DNA from: an uncultured Bdellovibrio sp.
GTDB lineage: Bacteria > Bdellovibrionota > Bdellovibrionia > Bdellovibrionales > Bdellovibrionaceae
NCBI GenBank assembly: GCA_963932905.1
Contig: CAWVRN010000011.1
Coordinates: 32,001-96,000, forward strand
Length of the DNA: 64,000 nt
Direction of reading: 5' to 3'
The notes under the pieces: model-generated
Databases searched by the model: none
Seen by the model: only the letters and a program-made list of their open reading frames with translations
What the model was told of the DNA's origin: nothing
Position numbers and translations under genes: made by a program
Shown here: piece by piece, positions 37,989 to 48,843 of the stretch
How the letters are laid out: each line of letters starts with the position of its first letter
How positions within the stretch are numbered: position 1 is the first letter of the stretch

Positions 37989-38684
37989 ATGCCAATGAAA
38001 GATTTTTTATGTCCCCAATGTGGCGCCGCTCTTAAGTTTACGACGGCATACGCAGTGTCTACTGTGTGCGAATACTGTCGTTCTTTGGTAGTTCGTCATG
38101 ATTTAAATTTGGAATTGCTAGGAAAAGAAGCAGTCTTGCACGATGAATTAAATCCCTTGCAAGTGGGGACTCGTGGGGTCTTTCAGAAAACTGGATTTTC
38201 CATCATCGGTGGTGTTCGTCTGAATCATCATGAAGGATTTTGGCACGAATGGTTTCTGCAGTTAGATAGCCAAACTCAAAATTCTCGGTACGGCTGGCTT
38301 GCTCAGGCTCAAGGGGAATATCAATTCTTGTTTGAACCAATAGACCTGCCTCGACAGTCCCGCTCGGAATTTAAAGTGGGTACAAAAGTTTCTGTACCCG
38401 ATGAAACAGAACAACGTTTAGTTAAATGGTCTAAGTCTTTGTATCACAATTCTGATGCATTTCGAATTATTGACATACGTACGGCACAGATGACCCATTT
38501 CTTGGGACAACTACCTTGGGCGCCAGAAAAAAATCGCGAACGTACCATGGCGGAACTCGCTTCGGCTGACGATGCCAAACTTACGGTTGAATTTGGGAGT
38601 GATAAAAATCAAATTTATTTCGGACAAGTTTTAAATTTTGAAGATTTTAAATTTCAAAACTTAAAAGAGGTCAAGGGATGGTAA
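37989..38684 (+). CDS. DUF4178 domain protein with Zn-ribbon
   Basis: CPQCGA...CEYCRS; WHEWFL; GWLAQAQG. Confidence 0.75.
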   Translation: MPMKDFLCPQCGAALKFTTAYAVSTVCEYCRSLVVRHDLNLELLGKEAVLHDELNPLQVGTRGVFQKTGFSIIGGVRLNHHEGFWHEWFLQLDSQTQNSRYGWLAQAQGEYQFLFEPIDLPRQSRSEFKVGTKVSVPDETEQRLVKWSKSLYHNSDAFRIIDIRTAQMTHFLGQLPWAPEKNRERTMAELASADDAKLTVEFGSDKNQIYFGQVLNFEDFKFQNLKEVKGW

Positions 38685-39928
38685 AAGCAATCACCTGCCC
38701 ATCGTGCGGCGGCAGCGTTTCCATCAAATTTGCTGAGCAATCGTTAAGCTGCGTTTGCCCGTCCTGTTTGACTGTGATTTCAAATGATAATGAATCTGTG
38801 TCTATTTTAGTTCGCAATCAAAAAAATGTGGCTAAACCCATTATTCCATTGGGACAGCGATTTCATTTTCGTGGTCACGATTGGGAAGTGATCGGTTTTC
38901 TTCTTCGAAGTGATAAAACGGAAGTTTATAAATGGAGCGAATACCTGCTATTCAATCCCTACGTTGGTTATCGTTTTCTAGTTTGCATGGATGGTCATTG
39001 GAGCTATGTCACAAAAACAAAATCGGCACCCAAAGTAGACAAGATTCTTAAGTCGGCAGAATACCTTGGGAACAAGTACAGTCTGTTTCACAAAGGCCAG
39101 GTAAAAACTCTGTTCGTCATGGGTGAGTTCTATTGGCGAGTTAAAGCCAACGAAACCGTTCGCGCTGTTGACTACATTAGGCCGCCTGAAATGTTGTCGC
39201 TAGAAAAAGATTCTGATGAAGAAATCTGGTCCATCGGGGAATATGTTCCTCGTGGTGACATCGAGACTGCTTTCCACCTAAAAGGCCTAATGCCATTAGA
39301 TATGGGGGTTGCACCTCATCAACCATCGCCGCATGGTGAAGATAAAAAAGTCGCTAAGTTTTTTAGTTATTTACTGTGTGCTTTGGTTTTGATTCAGTTG
39401 GGATTTGTTGTCGCCGTCAATAAAGGGGAAGCCTTGAGCGTAGCTTACGCTGTTCGAAATCCCAAAGGGCTGAAATTGACGACACAGTCATTTGAAATTC
39501 TTGATCGACCTGGTTACATCGAATCTGAATTAATCGCCCAGGTTTCTAATGATTGGTTTGAGACCGTCATTGAAGCAGTCGATGAAGAATCGGGTGAAGA
39601 ATACGAATTTGATCAAGGCGTTGAATATTATTGGGGCAGTGATTCCGACGGGGCGTGGACAGAAGGCTCGCAGAAAAGTGATCGGCGTATTGCAAAATTA
39701 CCTCCCGGTAAGTATCACTTGAATATTACAACTGATTCGGGAAGTTCCAATCCTGTGAAATTTGCTGTCACAATTTCTGAAGGCAATATTTCTTGGGGCA
39801 ATTTCTTCTTCGCTATTTTATTGGTTTCCATTTTTCCAATCTATTATTTTATGCGTGCTAAGAGTTTTGAAAAGTCTCGTTGGTCGCAAAGTGATTATTC
39901 GCCGTTTTGGAGTCAGCACGATGATTAA
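38678..39928 (+). CDS. DUF4178 domain membrane protein
   Basis: CPSCGG; WSEYLLFNP; GEFYWRV; two TM helices. Confidence 0.8.
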   Translation: MVKAITCPSCGGSVSIKFAEQSLSCVCPSCLTVISNDNESVSILVRNQKNVAKPIIPLGQRFHFRGHDWEVIGFLLRSDKTEVYKWSEYLLFNPYVGYRFLVCMDGHWSYVTKTKSAPKVDKILKSAEYLGNKYSLFHKGQVKTLFVMGEFYWRVKANETVRAVDYIRPPEMLSLEKDSDEEIWSIGEYVPRGDIETAFHLKGLMPLDMGVAPHQPSPHGEDKKVAKFFSYLLCALVLIQLGFVVAVNKGEALSVAYAVRNPKGLKLTTQSFEILDRPGYIESELIAQVSNDWFETVIEAVDEESGEEYEFDQGVEYYWGSDSDGAWTEGSQKSDRRIAKLPPGKYHLNITTDSGSSNPVKFAVTISEGNISWGNFFFAILLVSIFPIYYFMRAKSFEKSRWSQSDYSPFWSQHDD

Positions 39929-40058
39929 GGGATATTTAGTTTATGGATTTTTAATCGTATTAATTTATTCCTACATAAGCTACGTGGGGATCAGTTACTA
40001 CGATTTTGTTTCAGGAAAAAGTTTTCAACCCGCTGGAAAAACATTTCAGCACAAATAA
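39921..40058 (+). CDS. Small membrane protein
   Basis: 45 aa, single TM helix, within the operon. Confidence 0.5.
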   Translation: MIKGYLVYGFLIVLIYSYISYVGISYYDFVSGKSFQPAGKTFQHK

Positions 40059-40071
40059 AAGGGGAGCCTCT

Positions 40072-40308
40072 ATGGACGCGCCAAACAATATGGAAGTGCT
40101 AATTAATATCAAGTATATCGTAAACGCACTCGTTTTTTCTGTTTTCGGAATTATTGTATTAGTAATTTCATTTTTTGTATTCGACAAAATCACGCCAGGT
40201 AACTTGTGGAAAGAAATAGTGGAAGAAAAAAATGTTGCTCTTGCTATCACAGCTGGTGCGATGGCTTTAGCGATGGCGCAAATTATTGCTAGTGCCATTC
40301 ACGGTTAA
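40072..40308 (+). CDS. DUF350 membrane protein
   Basis: FDKITPGNLWKEIVEEKNVALAI. Confidence 0.85.
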   Translation: MDAPNNMEVLINIKYIVNALVFSVFGIIVLVISFFVFDKITPGNLWKEIVEEKNVALAITAGAMALAMAQIIASAIHG

Positions 40309-40316
40309 GAAAAAAT

Positions 40317-41831
40317 ATGACCTACTTATTGCTGTTTTCCGTTTTTGTGGTGGCCACATGTGGCCTAGTTTACGAATTGATTACGGGTGCCTTAGCCAGT
40401 TATTTACTGGGGGACTCAGTCACGCAGTTTTCAACTATTATCGGAACCTATTTATTTGCAATGGGTGTGGGATCGTATTTTTCAAAATATTTCACACGTA
40501 ATTTGTTGAACGTATTTATTGAAATTGAAATGGTCATCGGACTGATTGGTGGTTTTTCTGCTGCATTTTTGTTTCTATCGTATGAATATGCTGTTTCGTT
40601 TCGATTTATTCTGTACTCGGTGATTTTTATCATTGGCTGTTTTGTGGGGCTTGAAATTCCTTTGCTGATGAGGATTTTAAAAGATCGATTTGAATTCAAA
40701 GATTTAGTTTCAAAAATATTCACCTACGATTATATCGGGGCATTGATTGCTTCGATTTCGTTTCCATTGATATTGGTGCCTTATTTAGGGTTAGTGCGTT
40801 CGTCGTTGTTGTTCGGTATTTTCAACGTTGCCGTGGCCTTGGTTACGATCATTGTCTTTAAATCAGAAGTTAAATCTGAAAGGTACTTGCGAATTAAAGC
40901 CATTGCGACTTTGGTTTTGTTAGTCCTGGCATTTGGTTATTCGGAAAGAATGGTTAGTTTCCTGGAAGTTCAAAATTATCGAGAACGCATCGTTTTTAAA
41001 AAAAATACCGCGTATCAAAAAATCGTGCTGACTCAAACGTCGGGCGAAATGAAATTGTTCTTGAATGGTAATTTGCAATTCAGTTCGAAAGACGAATATC
41101 GGTATCATGAAAGTTTGGTTCATGTCGGGTTGTCTCGGTTGACTAGGCCTAAAAAAGTATTGATTTTGGGCGGTGGCGATGGGCTAGCTGCCAGGGAAGT
41201 ACTTAAGTATCCTTCGGTCGAAAAAATCTTGTTGGTTGATCTGGATTCGCAGATGACCCATTTATTTCGTACAAATACAATCCTTACGGAATTAAATAAG
41301 AACGCTTTGAATGATCCTAAAGTGGAAGTGTTGAATGAGGATGCGTTCGTTTGGGTAAAAAACAATAAGCAAATTTTCGACTTCGTTATCGTTGATTTTC
41401 CGGACCCATCACAATTTGCCCTAGGTAAACTGTATTCTAAAACTTTCTATGGCTATTTGACCTCTACGATCGATGCAGATGGTTTGATTGCCGTCCAAAG
41501 CACATCGCCCTATGTAGCTAAAAACGCTTTTCAAATAATCGTGAATACCTTGAATGATGTAGCTTTGTATACGAAACCCTATCATGTTTACGTACCTTCA
41601 TTTGGTGAGTGGGGTTACGTCCTCGCAGCCAAAGCTCCGATGGATGTTTCGGAAACTAAGTTGGCATTACCTGCGGGGTTACAATTTATTAGCCCAGAAA
41701 TGATTCCGTATTTGTTTCAGTTCAGCAAAGATCTGATCGGTGATTCCAAAGAAGTAAATCGCTTAAATAATCAAATCTTAGTTCGTACATTCGAGCAAGA
41801 ATGGGAACCATTCAGTCACCATGAAAACTGA
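40317..41831 (+). CDS. speE: Membrane-bound polyamine aminopropyltransferase
   Basis: TM region; DEYRYHE; ILGGGDGLAARE; VDFPDP. Confidence 0.88.
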   Translation: MTYLLLFSVFVVATCGLVYELITGALASYLLGDSVTQFSTIIGTYLFAMGVGSYFSKYFTRNLLNVFIEIEMVIGLIGGFSAAFLFLSYEYAVSFRFILYSVIFIIGCFVGLEIPLLMRILKDRFEFKDLVSKIFTYDYIGALIASISFPLILVPYLGLVRSSLLFGIFNVAVALVTIIVFKSEVKSERYLRIKAIATLVLLVLAFGYSERMVSFLEVQNYRERIVFKKNTAYQKIVLTQTSGEMKLFLNGNLQFSSKDEYRYHESLVHVGLSRLTRPKKVLILGGGDGLAAREVLKYPSVEKILLVDLDSQMTHLFRTNTILTELNKNALNDPKVEVLNEDAFVWVKNNKQIFDFVIVDFPDPSQFALGKLYSKTFYGYLTSTIDADGLIAVQSTSPYVAKNAFQIIVNTLNDVALYTKPYHVYVPSFGEWGYVLAAKAPMDVSETKLALPAGLQFISPEMIPYLFQFSKDLIGDSKEVNRLNNQILVRTFEQEWEPFSHHEN

Positions 41832-43449
41832 TCGACGTGAATTTCTTAAATATGGTTTAATTACCTCCACAATTTTCTATGGTGGAATTTTCGGTGTTAA
41901 GCAGTTTAAAAAATATCGCAAACACACTATTAACTATACTGGCCAGTGGGTGAATCAATCAGATCGCGGACACCAGCTGCGAGATGCTTTTAAGCAGACA
42001 ACGACGTCTTCACTTGAAATTCCCACCCTGATTGTGGGTGGTGGAATGACCGGTTTACTGACAGGGTATTACCTGAAGCAGGCGGGATTTAATAATTTTA
42101 AAATTCTAGAAATGAATTCAAATGCGGGCGGAAACTCGGCGTATGGGCAAAATGAGGTTTCTAAATTTCCTTGGGGCGCGCACTACATTCCTTTGCCGAA
42201 TACAGAAAATAAGCAATTGTTAGAATTTTTTAAAGACATGGGGTTGGCATCCAATAAATCACCGGGTGGTGGGCTGGAATTCAACGAGGAATACCTTTGT
42301 CAGGATCCACAAGAGCGATTGTTTATTAAAGGGGAATGGCAGGAAAGTATCTTGCCTATGAAAGGCATCATGAAAGGCGATGAAGACCAGCTAAAGCGAT
42401 TTCATGATTTGGTATACGATTATAAATTTAAAAAGGGTAATGACGGCAAATATGCTTTTACTATTCCGCTGATGGAATCCAGCCAAGATCCGCAGTTTTT
42501 AAAGTTAGACCAAATTTCTTTCGCTGATTTTTTAAAGGATCAGGGATTCACTTCGGAGGTGGTCACTTGGTACATGAACTATTGCACGTTAGATGATTAT
42601 GGCATGGGAATCGATACGGCGTCGGCGTGGTCGGGACTGCACTATTTTTGTTCGCGTAGACCAAACGGGCAATATGACGATCATCAAATCATGACTTGGC
42701 CAGAAGGTAATGGTTGGGTTTTACAAAAATTGACAGAATATCTAAAGGACCATATTCAAACTAATTGCGCAGTGATGAAGATTCGTCCAGAAGGCGACGG
42801 CGTCATCAAATCGCATGTGTTTAATTTTGAAACTAAAGAATTGGCAGAGTGCAAATCAAAATACCTTATCTTTAGTAGTCCACAATTTTTAGCACCGTAC
42901 TTGTTTGAAGATGGGAAAAATCTACCCAATGTGACCAGTGATGACTATTACAGTTGGTTGATTGCCAATGTTACAGTGAAATTGAAACCCGAAGAGTTTC
43001 AAAATTTGCATTGGGACAACGTGCGATATCAATCAAGTAGTTTGGGATACATACATGCTCGCCATCAAGAACTACGTGGCAGCTTCGATGGAACCACAGT
43101 ATTAACACTATATTGGCCTTTGTATGATAAAAACCTAACGGCAACTGAAATAAGAAAGAAAGTATCTGAGTTAGGATGGAAGCAATGGGCGCCGCGAGTA
43201 GAATCGGAATTAGAAGCCATGCACCCTGGAATTTCATCGTTGATTCAATCCATGGATATTAAAATATATGGCCATGCGATGATTGGTCCTCGTGTAGGAA
43301 GAATCAAATCTGTGTTCACGCAGTCGTGGAAGTCTCAGGCTAAACACGGGATATATTTTGCGCATACAGATAATTCGGGAATGTCGTTATTCGAAGAAGC
43401 CCATTACTGGGGACATCGAGTGGCTCAGGAAATTTTAAAGCATGGTTAA
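41821..43449 (+). CDS. Tat-exported FAD-dependent amine oxidase-like oxidoreductase
   Basis: DRREFLK; IVGGGMTG; WGAHY; SLFEEA. Confidence 0.8.
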   Translation: MKTDRREFLKYGLITSTIFYGGIFGVKQFKKYRKHTINYTGQWVNQSDRGHQLRDAFKQTTTSSLEIPTLIVGGGMTGLLTGYYLKQAGFNNFKILEMNSNAGGNSAYGQNEVSKFPWGAHYIPLPNTENKQLLEFFKDMGLASNKSPGGGLEFNEEYLCQDPQERLFIKGEWQESILPMKGIMKGDEDQLKRFHDLVYDYKFKKGNDGKYAFTIPLMESSQDPQFLKLDQISFADFLKDQGFTSEVVTWYMNYCTLDDYGMGIDTASAWSGLHYFCSRRPNGQYDDHQIMTWPEGNGWVLQKLTEYLKDHIQTNCAVMKIRPEGDGVIKSHVFNFETKELAECKSKYLIFSSPQFLAPYLFEDGKNLPNVTSDDYYSWLIANVTVKLKPEEFQNLHWDNVRYQSSSLGYIHARHQELRGSFDGTTVLTLYWPLYDKNLTATEIRKKVSELGWKQWAPRVESELEAMHPGISSLIQSMDIKIYGHAMIGPRVGRIKSVFTQSWKSQAKHGIYFAHTDNSGMSLFEEAHYWGHRVAQEILKHG

Positions 43450-44518
43450 TGTCTGGATACGCAGTCGGAAATTTGATATTGCTTGGATTATCGGTCCCCA
43501 TTTTTATGCTGTGATTTTGGCGTTGTTTATTTATCCGGTCGTAAAAGATGTGCACCTGATGCCGATTTGGGTTTGGTTTACGCTCGTTGTGTGCGTGGAT
43601 GTCGCCCACGTATACTCTACGATATTTCGAGTCTACTTAGATAAAAATGAAAAAAAATTATTTTCGATCCATATTTGGTTAATTCCTCTGACAGTTTGGT
43701 TTTTAGGAGTCTTGCTTTATTCACTGAGTTCCATAGTGTTTTGGCGAGTTTTAGCCTATCTAGCAGTGTTTCATTTTATTCGTCAGCAATATGGATTTTT
43801 TCGCATATACTCTAGATCAGAAGGTCGCACTTCGTGGTTAACGACGGTTTTTAATCGCTACGCGATTTACTATGTGACAGTGATTCCTGTATTGATTTGG
43901 CATTTCTCCGGACCTAAAGAATTTAATTGGTTTATTGACAAAGATTTTCTCTATTTCCCTTCTGATATTTTAGTAGTGGGGTTGACCGCATTGTTAGCTT
44001 TTTTAGTGACGGGTTATATTATTTCTGAATGTGTGCAGACCTATCGGCACAAGCAATTCAACTGGGGCAAGAATGGAATTTATTCAGGAACGCTTCTGGT
44101 TTGGTATTTAGGAATTGTGTATTTTAATAATGACATTATTTTTACTTTAACAAATGTGTTAGCTCATGGAGTGCCGTATTTAGCTTTGATTTGGGTTTAT
44201 AAAAATAAGAATCAATCCAGTTACGAAATTTCTTTTTTTAGACGCCACAGTTTTTTATTTTTTTTAGGCAGTTTAGTTTTTTTTGCCTACGTAGAAGAGT
44301 TCCTATGGGCCAGCTTAGTATGGAAAGAACATCTATCTGTATTCTTCTTACATCGCAGTCACCTGTTTGAGGTAAATCCGGTATTGTTATCTTATATAGT
44401 CCCACTACTAGCGGTACCACAAGGAACTCATTATATTTTGGATGCTTTTATTTGGAAAATTAGAGACAGTAAGCGAAATCAATGGGCGACGCTGCTTACG
44501 GAGGACCCCTATGTCTAA
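43442..44518 (+). CDS. Integral membrane protein with His motifs
   Basis: DVAHV, HFIRQQYG, HYILDAFIW. Confidence 0.7.
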   Translation: MVNVWIRSRKFDIAWIIGPHFYAVILALFIYPVVKDVHLMPIWVWFTLVVCVDVAHVYSTIFRVYLDKNEKKLFSIHIWLIPLTVWFLGVLLYSLSSIVFWRVLAYLAVFHFIRQQYGFFRIYSRSEGRTSWLTTVFNRYAIYYVTVIPVLIWHFSGPKEFNWFIDKDFLYFPSDILVVGLTALLAFLVTGYIISECVQTYRHKQFNWGKNGIYSGTLLVWYLGIVYFNNDIIFTLTNVLAHGVPYLALIWVYKNKNQSSYEISFFRRHSFLFFLGSLVFFAYVEEFLWASLVWKEHLSVFFLHRSHLFEVNPVLLSYIVPLLAVPQGTHYILDAFIWKIRDSKRNQWATLLTEDPYV

Positions 44519-45251
44519 TGAAGAAAAAGTAAATGAGAAAATGGAAAAACTAGATTTGAAACTTCAATTGGTTCAGCAGACCTACATTCAGAAAAAACTT
44601 AAAGCAATTTTAGTTCTTGAGGGTGTTGATGCCGCTGGCAAAGGTGGATTGATTCGTCGTTTGGCCTGGTCGATTGATCCACGAGCATTGAAAGTGTGGC
44701 CTATAGGAGCTCCCAATTCGATAGAAAAAGATATGCACTATATGTGGCGATTTTGGTCAAAATTACCAGGACCCGGCGAAATTTCGGTATTTGATCGTTC
44801 TTGGTATGGTCGGGTTTTAGTTGAAAGTGTCGAAGGTATAACTAAAGGCAATGCCGTCTTGCGAGCCTATCAAGAAATTAATGAATTCGAAAGGTGGATG
44901 ATCGACGACAACGTTCGCATAGTTAAAGTCCTGCTTAAGATCAGCAAGAAAGAACAGTCGCGTCGACTTCTTGAACGTGTAGAAAATCCAGAGAAAAATT
45001 GGAAGTTAACATTTGATGATATTCGTAATCGCAACAAGTGGGACGAATACGCGAAACTATATAAAAAGATGGTAACAAAGACCTCTAAGAAAAACGCAAA
45101 GTGGTTTGTTGTTGAATGCGATGAAAAAGAAGAGGCTCGGGTCATGGCACTTGAACATATCATCAAAGAATTATCACGAGGTGTTTCTGTTAAGCCCGAG
45201 GCTATCTCAGAAAAACTAAAACAAGGTGTTAAAGCACTAAAGAAGAAATAG
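44511..45251 (+). CDS. ppk2: Polyphosphate kinase 2 family protein
   Basis: EGVDAAGKGG, FDRSWYGRVLVE; RBS GGAGG. Confidence 0.9.
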   Translation: MSNEEKVNEKMEKLDLKLQLVQQTYIQKKLKAILVLEGVDAAGKGGLIRRLAWSIDPRALKVWPIGAPNSIEKDMHYMWRFWSKLPGPGEISVFDRSWYGRVLVESVEGITKGNAVLRAYQEINEFERWMIDDNVRIVKVLLKISKKEQSRRLLERVENPEKNWKLTFDDIRNRNKWDEYAKLYKKMVTKTSKKNAKWFVVECDEKEEARVMALEHIIKELSRGVSVKPEAISEKLKQGVKALKKK

Positions 45252-45280
45252 TTTATAAAAAGGGGTCAGATATCAGAATT

Positions 45281-45315
45281 TATACATACACCCTCAATCT
45301 GAGGGCGTATGTATA
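45281..45315. terminator. Hairpin between convergent ppk2 and dps
   Basis: TATACATACACCCTCA-ATC-TGAGGGCGTATGTATA. Confidence 0.6.
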
Positions 45316-45495
45316 AAAGAATTTTTTGAAAACTGTAATTTATTGGCGTTTGCATGCGAAAACGGTGTCAGTTCCTTCGATAGAAATACCAACGAAAGCG
45401 TTACCAGAATCTTTTGAATATTCCACGTAGATAGAATTTAAAGCGTCCATAGATAGCGATAGCAATAGTGCAAATGATAAAACAATTTTCACAAC

Positions 45496-45972
45496 CTATT
45501 TCTCTGCCAATAATGAACGTAACATCCATGCTGTTTTTTCATGAATTTGCAGACGTTGAGTTAATAGATCTAATGTCGCCTCGTCACTGCCAGCTTCAGC
45601 AACTGGAAAAATTGTACGTACAGTTTTAGCTACTGTTTCGTGTCCTTGAAGTAATTGTTTAATCATTTCCTTAGCGGCTAAATGGTCATCCGATTCCGGG
45701 ATAGATGAAAGCTGCGCAAATTTTTTATAAGAACCGGGGGCGTAGCTGCCTAGTGCGCGGATGCGTTCCGCTATTAAATCTAACGCATTCCATAGTTCAG
45801 TGTACTGATCCATGAACATTAAATGAAGAGTGTTGAACATCGGACCTTCTACGTTCCAATGAAAATTATGAGTTTTTAGATATAGGATGTAGCTATCTGC
45901 TAGAAGTTTAGATAGACCATCTACGATTTTTTTACGATCAGCTTCGTTTATTCCGATTTCGATTGTATTCAT
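45496..45972 (-). CDS. dps: Dps ferritin-like protein
   Basis: [33 protein letters not shown]. Confidence 0.95.
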   Translation of the reverse strand: MNTIEIGINEADRKKIVDGLSKLLADSYILYLKTHNFHWNVEGPMFNTLHLMFMDQYTELWNALDLIAERIRALGSYAPGSYKKFAQLSSIPESDDHLAAKEMIKQLLQGHETVAKTVRTIFPVAEAGSDEATLDLLTQRLQIHEKTAWMLRSLLAEK

Positions 45973-46034
45973 TGTTCACTCCTAAATTTTATGGTCCTGA
46001 GTGTAGACAATGAACACAAGGAGAGCAATTAAAA

Positions 46035-47327
46035 CTACGAGCTAAATTCTAAAACAAAAATAACGCCACCGTTACTACCATTTTTAGCAAAGATACGTCC
46101 ATTTTGAAGCTCAGCATAAGTTTTAACAATGGATAACCCAAGACCGAACCCGTCTGGATGGGTTTGCTGCCTTGATTTTGAACTGCGATAGAACGGTTCA
46201 AAAATGTAGGGCAGATCGTCGACCGATATACCGGGTCCGTTATCTTTACATTGGATAACCAGATTTTGCGCATTTCTAAAGTATTCAAACTCAATGAGCA
46301 CTTGTTTATTGCGTGTGTACTTAATCGAATTTTCAATCAGGTTTTTTAAAATGACTTCGGTTAATGTTGGGTCTAGTGGCCAGGTGATCGAATCGTTGCC
46401 TGCAATTTTAATTTCGACGTCGGCGCTTTGATAGTAGTTTTGAAGTGATTTAAATAAATCACTCAGTTTAATGTCTTGTCTTGCTGCTTTAGATTTTTGT
46501 ACGCGGTAGGATTCCAGTAAATCATGTATTAAACGATTCATTATTTGTGAATCTTTCTTTAAAGAGTCCTTTAATTTGGAATCGTCTAATAAATCGATAG
46601 CGACACCCATGCGAGTCAATGGACTGCGCAGTTCATGACTGACGTCACGAAGCAATCTATCTTTCGATAAGATAAATCTTTCTAGCTGGTCTGCCACAAC
46701 ATTGAATCGTTCCAAAATTCCAGAATATCTGCGCTTGTAGCGATCACTTAATCGATAACGTATGTTACCGCTGGCGATCTGTTCGATTCCATAAAGCATA
46801 ATACGAATGGGTTTCATAAAGAAATGGACGGAAACGAATGTCATGATAAAAATAGCCAATAGAAATCCAATCAGTCCTAAAAACGTCATTTGAAATCCTT
46901 TAGGCAAATCATGAGCTTTGATCATCCAGGCTACTCTAGGAGTCAATCCTTCATGTATAGCATAGAAATAACCTTGGCGACGACCCAAGGTAAAGCGGGG
47001 ATAGAGTTCTTCAATTTCAGGTTTTAGTTCATCAATTGTCGGCAGCTGGCTTTGTTGGTGATTGGCTATCTGAACCTTGATTCCGAGTTTTTCCTCTAAC
47101 GCGGAAATCTTGTCGGCAGTGAAATCAGGTCCAACGCTGTTGTGCAAAGATGTTAAATAGAAATCGATATTTTTTTCAACCACACTATGAAAACCACCGG
47201 CGGGACGAAACGAGCGCATTAATAAAAATACGAGTCCACTGGCGACGATCGCCGTCAACAGAAACGAAAAAAATAATCGGATGAATAGAAATGTAGGTCC
47301 ACTTTTTAAACCTTTAAACGTTCTCAT
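46035..47327 (-). CDS. Sensor histidine kinase (CpxA-like)
   Basis: 2 TM, HAMP, VSHELRSPL, DNGPG, GFGLGL. Confidence 0.9.
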   Translation of the reverse strand: MRTFKGLKSGPTFLFIRLFFSFLLTAIVASGLVFLLMRSFRPAGGFHSVVEKNIDFYLTSLHNSVGPDFTADKISALEEKLGIKVQIANHQQSQLPTIDELKPEIEELYPRFTLGRRQGYFYAIHEGLTPRVAWMIKAHDLPKGFQMTFLGLIGFLLAIFIMTFVSVHFFMKPIRIMLYGIEQIASGNIRYRLSDRYKRRYSGILERFNVVADQLERFILSKDRLLRDVSHELRSPLTRMGVAIDLLDDSKLKDSLKKDSQIMNRLIHDLLESYRVQKSKAARQDIKLSDLFKSLQNYYQSADVEIKIAGNDSITWPLDPTLTEVILKNLIENSIKYTRNKQVLIEFEYFRNAQNLVIQCKDNGPGISVDDLPYIFEPFYRSSKSRQQTHPDGFGLGLSIVKTYAELQNGRIFAKNGSNGGVIFVLEFSS

Positions 47328-48013
47328 GTTTCTTCCACCGATCCTAAAAAGCAGTACCCATCACCCCAAACAGTTTTCAAATATTTTGGATTCTTGGCCG
47401 AATCGCCTAGTTTATTACGCAAGCGACTAATAGCTACATCTAAACTGCGACTAATGGCTTCCCAATCAATACCACGCAATTCGTCCATAATGCGATCGCG
47501 GGACATAGTAACGCCAGGATTTAACATAAATAGTTTTAAAATTTCGTATTCATAGGTACTTAAATTTAAATCTTCATTATTTAGGCGAGCCGAGCGATTG
47601 ACGACATCTAATTCTAGTAGCTGCGATTTTAATTTGTAGTGATTTTTTTGCGTCCGTCTTGCTAAACCTTTTGCTCGAGCAACCAGTTCGCGTGGTTCAA
47701 ATGGCTTTGGCAAATAATCTTCTGCACCCATTTCCAGACCGATGACTCGATCCATGACCTCGCCTCGTGCTGTTAACATGATGACAGGAGTTTGGTAAAG
47801 GGCGCGAATTTTTTTGAATGTTTCGAATCCGTCCATTTCGGGAAGCATAATATCAAGAATAATCACTTCAAATTTTTTGTTTTTAAGTAAAGCTAAACCT
47901 TCGCTGGGTTTCATTGCTTGAGTTAAGCTGAGACCGTATTTATTAAAGTAATCTTTAAGAAGATCACCCAAATGAGCGTCGTCATCTATCATTAAAACAG
48001 AAATGGTATCCAT
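47324..48013 (-). CDS. OmpR-family response regulator (CpxR-like)
   Basis: ILDIMLP, DYLPKPF, KTVWGDGY; ATG 48013 preferred. Confidence 0.9.
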   Translation of the reverse strand: MDTISVLMIDDDAHLGDLLKDYFNKYGLSLTQAMKPSEGLALLKNKKFEVIILDIMLPEMDGFETFKKIRALYQTPVIMLTARGEVMDRVIGLEMGAEDYLPKPFEPRELVARAKGLARRTQKNHYKLKSQLLELDVVNRSARLNNEDLNLSTYEYEILKLFMLNPGVTMSRDRIMDELRGIDWEAISRSLDVAISRLRNKLGDSAKNPKYLKTVWGDGYCFLGSVEET

Positions 48014-48175
48014 AAAGCCATTATAAGCTATTTTATCCAAAATGGGAGGCTTGTTACAATTCGTTACAATTTTTAATCTTTCAGAAACCCTTTTGTTTTC
48101 CGAATCCACTATTCTGACTTTATAACAACGACCCTAGGTCAAACAACAGCTAGGGCGTAACTTAAAAAGGAGTTA

Positions 48176-48616
48176 GTGATGTTTGGAAGAAGATTTAAAA
48201 AAAGACGTATTGTGGGGATTGCCATTGCATTGATAGGTATGGGTGCTTTAACGGCGTGTCATTCCCGTTCACCCGAAGCCAAAATAGACCACGTGGCTTC
48301 AAGGGTCGCAAGCAAGCTAGACTTTACTGCTGAACAAAAAGTTCTGTTGGATGATATTGCAAATGAAATAAAAAAAGATATTCAATCAGAAAAAGAGGTT
48401 CGGCAATCGATGAAAAGCGAGTTTAGATCATGGATTTTATCTAGTGAGTTAGACAAAACTAAAGTCAAAGAAACGATTAAATCCAAAATGGATAGAATGG
48501 AGAATCGGGTCGATAAATATTTAGATAAAGTAGCAGCTCTGCATAAGACCCTGAATGCAGAACAAAAGGAAGAATTACTAGGTTTCTTGGATAAATTTGG
48601 ACCACATAACGACTAA
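48176..48616 (+). CDS. Spy/CpxP family periplasmic lipoprotein
   Basis: LTAC lipobox; FTAEQ and LNAEQ (LTxxQ-like); divergent from the two-component pair. Confidence 0.75.
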   Translation: MMFGRRFKKRRIVGIAIALIGMGALTACHSRSPEAKIDHVASRVASKLDFTAEQKVLLDDIANEIKKDIQSEKEVRQSMKSEFRSWILSSELDKTKVKETIKSKMDRMENRVDKYLDKVAALHKTLNAEQKEELLGFLDKFGPHND

Positions 48617-48630
48617 ACAAATTCATCATA

Positions 48631-48666
48631 GGCGAGAGCGTTGAAGCGCTCTCGCCTGACTTTTTT
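48631..48666 (+). terminator. Rho-independent terminator
   Basis: GGCGAGAGCG-TTGAAG-CGCTCTCGCC followed by T-tract. Confidence 0.7.
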
Positions 48667-48843
48667 AATCATTTAAAGTTTCTTGAAAAGAGCTGCGGTC
48701 GTTATAATTTTTTCGCTGCTAACTTTAACTACTTTTTGCGTGTTGAATTCTTGTTCACAGGCACTCATCGCAAAAATTATAACGATTGCAAAAATTCCAT
48801 CACAGAGTAAACCTTTACCAGTTCTCATACGTTTTTTCATGAC

